Shown here piece by piece: positions 58,090 to 64,000 of a stretch of 64,000 nt of DNA (position 1 is the first letter of the stretch; every line of letters begins with the position of its first letter). Position numbers and translations under genes: made by a program. Where the stretch lies: positions 6,262,001-6,326,000 of the forward strand of contig CM022678.1 in assembly GCA_012295275.1 (NCBI GenBank). Reading direction: 5' to 3'. The notes below the pieces were generated by a model, which saw only the letters and a program-made list of their open reading frames with translations, was not told the origin of the DNA and ran no database searches. This stretch comes from Chrysomallon squamiferum (taxonomy: Eukaryota; Animalia; Mollusca).

Positions 58090-58221
58090 CGTTTTTAAAA
58101 AGCTTCAGTGCTTTATCTTCAGACATATCGAAAACAATTTAACGTGCTAATCAGAGCAAGCTGTTGTGAAGCACGTGTATGACAGGCACGTTCTCGGACA
58201 CGCCTAAGGGCGTGTATGTCG

Positions 58222-58252
<31 letters not shown>

Positions 58253-59368
58253 ACGGCAAAAACTAAAATCATACGAAACAAAAATTCAGAATGTAAAGCG
58301 ATATATTTTATATCTGTAATCAATAAATTATTTTACATTCAATAAACTGTATATCTTTTTCTATGAATTTTCAAACAAATAATACATGTAATTGCTAAAT
58401 TTGGCGCATAAGGATCTTATAATTTACGAAAAAAATAATATTACTTATGATTCTCTTTTTTAAAAGTATATTCTTTTTAACAATTTTTAATATTTCATGT
58501 GTGTGTGTGTGTGTGTGTGTTTAAGAACTCTTCGTTAGATATGAGATTTAGGGTAAAATAATAATATTATTTACAAGTCTCTTCTTTAATATTTTTTTTT
58601 TTATATTTCATGATATTATAATGATATTTTTATGAAAAAAATTATTATATTTTCTTCGGTTCTTCTGGTAAAGTATTAAATATAGAAACCAAAAAAGAAT
58701 AAATCTGTTTTAGGAAATAATTTTTTTGTTTTTATTAGATTGGTTTTGTGGTTGCTTATTTCTAATACTATCTGTTTAATGTTCTTTATATTGATTATTA
58801 ATTTTATTTTTTCTTATTATACAAGTTTCTAATGGGGCCTTTCCTCGTAAGTATTAATACATTTTTATATGTATATAAAGCTTTATAACATTATAAAACT
58901 AATTAAAGAATCCAGTACATAACACATTTATTAATTAGATGTGCGTTGATGGAATATCATTTTATATTATAATAAATAGCGCTGTAAAAAAATACATAAC
59001 GACTGAATGAAATAAAATTTTAGAACTACATGATAAGGGTTTCAAAAGACTTTATATATATATATTTTTTTTTTTCTGTTATTGTGCATCAACAGTTAAA
59101 AAAAGTATTATTGTTTTAATAATTAGCTTTCAATAACTGAAAAAATTAAAAGAGAAAAAGTATATTTATATAATCAGGACGTAGAATTTCACTTCCAAAC
59201 TTTTCATACTATAATGTGTTTTTGTTTTGTTAGAACAAAACTGGTTTTAATGTGAACATGATAATAGTGATATCTTTTTTTTTTATTGTTAATTCAAAAT
59301 GATAATTTCTGACCAGATTGTCAGTGTAAAATGATAATATGTTTTCCTCTGAAACGAAGATAAAATGA

Positions 59369-59444
<76 letters not shown>

Positions 59445-59620
59445 ATCTTTTTATTTTTGTGTTATCTACGGTTTTTTTTTTTGGCAAATATTAATGATCT
59501 ACTTCGCCTTATTAGGTTAATTCTTATTATACTGTAAGTATTCTCTGTAAACTATAATTACATATTAAAAAAAGTTCAGTGTATATGTATAAAACAAAAC
59601 ACAGTAATGCCTTTGCTAGA
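58090..59620 (+). pseudogene. Decayed relic of the micro-exon array (paralogous to ~61900-64000)
   Basis: 58251-58400 aligns with 61934-62090, and 58590-58800 with 62140-62330. Exon-like modules sit at 58651-58667 (no AG), 58826-58846 (21 nt, AAG/GTAAGT intact), 59078-59095 (18 nt, both sites lost) and 59516-59533 (18 nt, AG/GTAAGT intact, TAA in phase-1 frame). Confidence 0.6.
58131..58250. mobile_element. Short dispersed-repeat insertion with two hairpins (Helentron/HINE-like end)
   Basis: Stems ACGTGCT/AGCACGT (58142-58148/58170-58176) and ACACGCC/GGCGTGT (58198-58204/58209-58215), then an A run. Absent from the paralogous site near 61930. A second partial copy is at 27514-27559. Family assignment is inference. 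Confidence 0.5.
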
Positions 59621-60028
59621 AGTAGAGCTAGTAGTAATTTTGTTGTTGTAGTAGTAATAGTAGCAGCAGTAGCAGTTCCTCCTGTGGTAGTAGTAGTTGC
59701 AGTAGCAGTATTAGAAGTTGTACATTAGTCGTATAAAAGTAGTAGTAGCTGTAGTGGCTTCTAGGTAACCTGAAAAGAAAATAATCCCAATATAATTTCT
59801 ATTTTGAGTTTGTCTATTTATTTATTTATTTATTTATCTATTTGTTTATTTGTTTGTTTATTTTTTTTTTGGGGGGGGGTATTTATTTTTTTTCACTAAT
59901 TATCATTGGTTGTTCATTTTCAGTCTAGTTTTACAATTCTGAGCAGTATATATAAAAAAAAAAAAAAAATTCCAACTTAACAACCGATAACATCTGTTAA
60001 ATTTCTAGGTTAATACGCCCCAGGAATA

Positions 60029-60084
<56 letters not shown>

Positions 60085-60420
60085 TTATTATGCGACCATA
60101 TTGTTTTAATTATTAAATTAATATACCATTATCGATTCACTTATTAAACTAATAAACTTGATAAGTGAGAGGAACTGATTATATTTAATCACCAATGATC
60201 TACAGCAATTAATCTGATCAAATAAAACATGACCTGAAACGTTTTGCTTCGTCAAAAAATTAATTTTCGTTTGCTTTTCATATTTCAGGCTTCTACGACG
60301 GAGATCTCATCTGTTACACATGTTGACAACCGATAACTGTTTTCTGCGGCCAATTGAAAAATTAATAATAATAATAATGGTCATTCTAAATTAAAAATAC
60401 AACAAAGAAAAACAAAACCG

Positions 60421-60536
60421 CCCCAATCTGAACTAAGAAAATTATTAATTATTCTCTTCCAATAAGCACTTAATTAAATCCGACAGGAATCTGAATGATA
60501 TAAATGTGATGTAAAACTAAAGGGTTAAACAGATTT
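60421..60536 (+). promoter_or_regulatory. Core promoter of the micro-exon gene
   Basis: CCAAT at ~60423 and ~60459, TATAAA at 60499-60504, Inr-like CAGATT with A at 60531 (32 nt after TATA start). Confidence 0.55.
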
Positions 60537-60568
60537 TGAACACAGAAGTGAAAGAGTAACATTACTTG
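60531..60568 (+). other. Predicted 5'UTR exon of the micro-exon gene
   Basis: Ends in TTG|GTAAGT (donor at 60569). The next exon starts after an acceptor at 61041-61042, so an upstream exon is expected. Confidence 0.55.
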
Positions 60569-60707
60569 GTAAGTGAAAATTTCTTATTTATGTCCATATA
60601 TATGTACATGCGTACATATGTGCGTGTATTTACTATATGTATCTATAAAATGTGTATCTATATGTGTTTGTATGTATAAATATGTATGCATGTATTTTCG
60701 TATGTGT

Positions 60708-60740
<33 letters not shown>

Positions 60741-60907
60741 AACACACAAACACTTACATATATAACTATGTCTGAGTGTGTGTGTGTGTGTGTGCGTGCG
60801 TGTGTGTGTGTGTGTGTTTTTTGATTTTTATATATCGAAAACAATAAAATAATAGCATTGAAATATAAACAATTTTTGTTCTCACCAATTATCGCTGACA
60901 TCACTTT

Positions 60908-61036
<129 letters not shown>

Positions 61037-61066
61037 TTTCAGGAAGAAAGATAACAAATAGCAAGC

Positions 61067-61118
61067 ATGAAGCTGTTTCTAGTTGTCGCCCTTCTTGTCA
61101 CAATGACCTTCGCAACAA
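61067..61118 (+). CDS. Signal-peptide exon (exon spans 61043-61118)
   Basis: ttttcAG acceptor; AGCATGA start context; MKLFLVVALLVTMTFAT (basic N-end plus hydrophobic core); donor A|GTAAGC, phase 1. Confidence 0.9.
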
Positions 61119-61211
61119 GTAAGCTTTTAAAAATAAATTAAAATTAAAACATTATGAGATCGCCACAAAATACAGTTTTCTAATAAACTATATATGTTTA
61201 TCTGTTGCCTG

Positions 61212-61262
<51 letters not shown>

Positions 61263-63486
61263 TTATTATTATTATTATCATCATGATTTGAAATAATCAC
61301 TTGTTTTAAGTACATTTATAAAATGGTATTACAGAATCAAGAATCTAAATTAATGTTTTATTTATTTGTGTCCATGCGCATTTATTTATTTATTTATTTA
61401 TTTATTTATTTTTCAGGTTCTGCTTTCTCAAGCAGTAAGTATTTCAAAATCACTGTTTCAATCTCTTGATAGTTGGAAGTGTTCCAGTTGCTACACAGAT
61501 TTCTTTCTTCTTCCTTGAATCTTACCTGTAATGTTTACTAAAATCACTTGCAACATTCTAGATGTCTTTAGTAATGCCAGAAATCAGTGAACATCATACA
61601 AATGTGTTTTAATGGCGTGCCTGCTTTTTAGAATAATAATAGATTATAATTATACTGATATGACTGCGTTCAAAAGCTGCATAACTGTATCTGCATAATG
61701 ATATGTTGGTCTGATTATCTCTAAATCAAGTTTCGGTCATTCTAAAGCCGGTGACTGGTATGGTAGACTTTAAACACTGTTCTTGATGATGTTAGAACTT
61801 AGTGCCAGCATTTCGTATTGTTCTAGTAAATGTAAAATGCATTTAGCTAAAATAGAAAGTTTCATTTTGGTTTATTTCCGTCATAATATTTTATGGATCT
61901 TAGTTTAAAGAAAACTTTAATACTTTATATCAGTGATGGCAAAAAATTAAAATCTTGCGAAACAAAAATTCGGAAAGTAAAAATCGATATATTTTATAAC
62001 TGTAGTCAAGAAATGATTTTCATTCAATAAATTGTATATTTGTTTTTGGTGAATTTACATAAAAATATCAAATATAGTTGCTAAATCTGATTATACCATT
62101 TATTATATTGATTGGGATTGACTGGGATGTTTTTTTTACAATTTTTACATTTCATATAATTATATTTATAGTGACAAATTTTATTTTATATTTTTAGGTT
62201 CTACTGGAGCAACAGGTAAATGATTAAACGTAAAAAGCAATAAAAATACAAAAATAAGATATTAAATAACCTTTTCTTTGAGTCGTTTTATTTTTGCCTA
62301 TTTCTACTAAAATATGTTTAATATTCCTCAACTGAACTGTTTTTTTATATTTTTTTGTGTTTTTTTCTTTTTGATAGGAAAATGTGGTTAGTTGTCTTCC
62401 AGTAAACACATAAACAATTTTTATTAGTTTTTAATCAAAGAAATTTTTCTTTTGCTTATTTTTAATAAAATATATTTAATATTCCTCAATTTGATTCATA
62501 ATTTCATTTTATGTTTATTCTACTATTAGTGTCTTTTTGTGTACCATCTTCCAGAAAATGTTTAAATAATGTTTACTGTATTGAAATTATATATAAATCT
62601 AAAACACAAACAAATTCTAAAAAGTAATATTATTTATACCTCTCTTCTTTTTAACACTTTTACATTTCATATGACTATATTTATTGTTATTTTACATTTT
62701 TCAGGTTCATCTCCAACATCATGTAAGTTATTAGATAAAAAATAAAATAAAATAAAAATAAAAATAAATAAATAAGAAATACAAAAATAGATATACGTAT
62801 CTTAATAATCCTTTCTAAGAAACGAGCTATTTTTTAAACTGTTTTTACATTTCATATAATAATATTTACACTAAATAAATGTATTACTGTTGTTGCTGTT
62901 GTTGTTATTATTATTATTATTCTTATTATATACATGTCTGTATTTTCTGAATAAATAATAAATACATTTATTTTATGATTAAATCCTTTTTTAAATCCTT
63001 TTTTTTTTTTTTTTTTTTTTTTTTAGTTTCGTCAGGGTCAACAGGTATATTATTATTTATTATTATTATTATTATACAAGCGATAAAAAGACTACAGATA
63101 GACAGATAGATAGAGAGATAGACAGATATATTAATTGATATATAGATAAGTAACCTATTCTCAGAAAGGTTTTGTAATTGCTTTGTTCTAATAAAATATC
63201 TTTAATATTCGTCAAGTTGATTAATAACTTTAGAATTTCATATTCTATTGCGGTCACTTCCAAATAGCATTATTTCATTAAAGAATTAAATAAAGTTTAA
63301 AATCTGCAAATTATATAAAAATCTAAAACACAATAAAATGACATGATTAAGTAAGATATGCGTTTCAAAATAAATTACTTATACTTCTCTTCTTTAAAGT
63401 ATATAATTTATAGTTTTCATGCAGTTATATTTATTTTATTATTATTTCTTTTTTAAAGGTTCATCAGGAACATCAGGTACATTATG

Positions 63487-63536
<50 letters not shown>

Positions 63537-63726
63537 CATGAATATCAACAGGTTAATTATTACATATATAAAGCAGCAAAGAATACAAGTTAGATACATC
63601 TGTTCTGTGAATGATTTCGTTATAACTCCTTTCTGAAACAATATGTTTAATATTCCTCAGTTTGAGTAATAATTTTATTCTATTTGTATTTTGTTGCAGC
63701 ATCTTCTGGCACTTCCGGCACTTCCG
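61067..63726 (+). CDS. Micro-exon gene encoding a secreted Ser/Gly/Thr-rich protein (3'-partial): join(61067..61118,61417..61434,62198..62215,62705..62722,63027..63044,63459..63476,63700..63726,>)
   Basis: All introns are GT-AG and phase 1, every internal exon is a multiple of 9 nt, and there are no stops. Translation MKLFLVVALLVTMTFATSSAFSSSSTGATGSSPTSFSSGSTGSSGTSASSGTSGTS (56 aa so far). Confidence 0.88.
61417..61434 (+). CDS. Micro-exon 1, 18 nt (SSAFSS; likely signal cleavage after SSA)
   Basis: tttttcAG|GTTCTGCTTTCTCAAGCA|GTAAGT. Confidence 0.9.
62198..62215 (+). CDS. Micro-exon 2, 18 nt (SSTGAT)
   Basis: tttttAG|GTTCTACTGGAGCAACAG|GTAAAT. Confidence 0.88.
62705..62722 (+). CDS. Micro-exon 3, 18 nt (GSSPTS)
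   Basis: tttttcAG|GTTCATCTCCAACATCAT|GTAAGT. Confidence 0.88.
63027..63044 (+). CDS. Micro-exon 4, 18 nt (FSSGST)
   Basis: poly-T AG|TTTCGTCAGGGTCAACAG|GTATAT. Confidence 0.8.
63459..63476 (+). CDS. Micro-exon 5, 18 nt (GSSGTS)
   Basis: ttttaaAG|GTTCATCAGGAACATCAG|GTACAT; weaker AAG acceptor. Confidence 0.8.
63700..63726 (+). CDS. Micro-exon 6, 27 nt (ASSGTSGTS)
   Basis: ttttgttgcAG|CATCTTCTGGCACTTCCGGCACTTCCG|GTAAGT; internal 9-nt duplication GGCACTTCC. Confidence 0.88.
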
Positions 63727-64000
63727 GTAAGTATTTAAAACAAATTCAATGTCTTTATATTATTTATATATAAAACTCTAAAACATTAAAATTCATAATT
63801 AATTAAATGAAGCATACTTATTAAAAAGAAGATTAAAAAAAAAAAAACGTCAAAAGCCCCCCCCAAAACACCCAAAAAGAACAAAAAAACCCACCACGTT
63901 ATGTTAGTTTTAAGAAAATATTTTTATTTTTTTCCAGCATTTACAAATATTAAAACAATTTATGTAGTCTTGAAATTATATAAAAATCTAAAACAACATT

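Noticed and set aside
57913-58098. 61-aa ORF / possible exon ending at TTG|GTGAGC
   Set aside because: Weak acceptor, no recognisable homology, and no partner exons I can link to it.
59928-59945. 18-nt stretch GTTTTACAATTCTGAGCA|GTATAT resembling micro-exon 1
   Set aside because: No correctly placed AG and no module flanking motifs; too weak to call.
61562-61570. Possible 9-nt micro-exon tAG|ATGTCTTTA|GTAATG in the 763-nt intron
   Set aside because: Poor polypyrimidine tract and no similarity to the other modules.

Overview
AT-rich eukaryotic (animal) genomic DNA, dense in microsatellites and minisatellites. Decayed SINE-like fragments suggest a mollusc, probably a gastropod (inference from memory). 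None of the ORFs in the supplied track looks like a real protein. About 1-49 kb is CpG-depleted non-coding DNA, most simply read as a methylated giant intron of a minus-strand gene whose candidate non-coding first exon lies at 49955-50397. From about 49 kb onward CpGs are retained. The main discovery is invisible to the ORF track: a plus-strand micro-exon gene at about 60.5-64 kb. It has a TATA/Inr promoter, a short 5'UTR exon, a signal-peptide exon, and then six symmetric phase-1 micro-exons (18,18,18,18,18,27 nt). They splice to MKLFLVVALLVTMTFATSSAFSSSSTGATGSSPTSFSSGSTGSSGTSASSGTSGTS..., which stays open past the window end. The introns are copies of one another and contain dead micro-exon modules. 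A decayed homologous array lies just upstream (about 58.1-59.6 kb), so birth and death of 9n-nt exon modules can be read directly. Other points: two long-range inverted repeat pairs, a compound hairpin minisatellite, and paired repeat copies that record CpG decay across the domain boundary.
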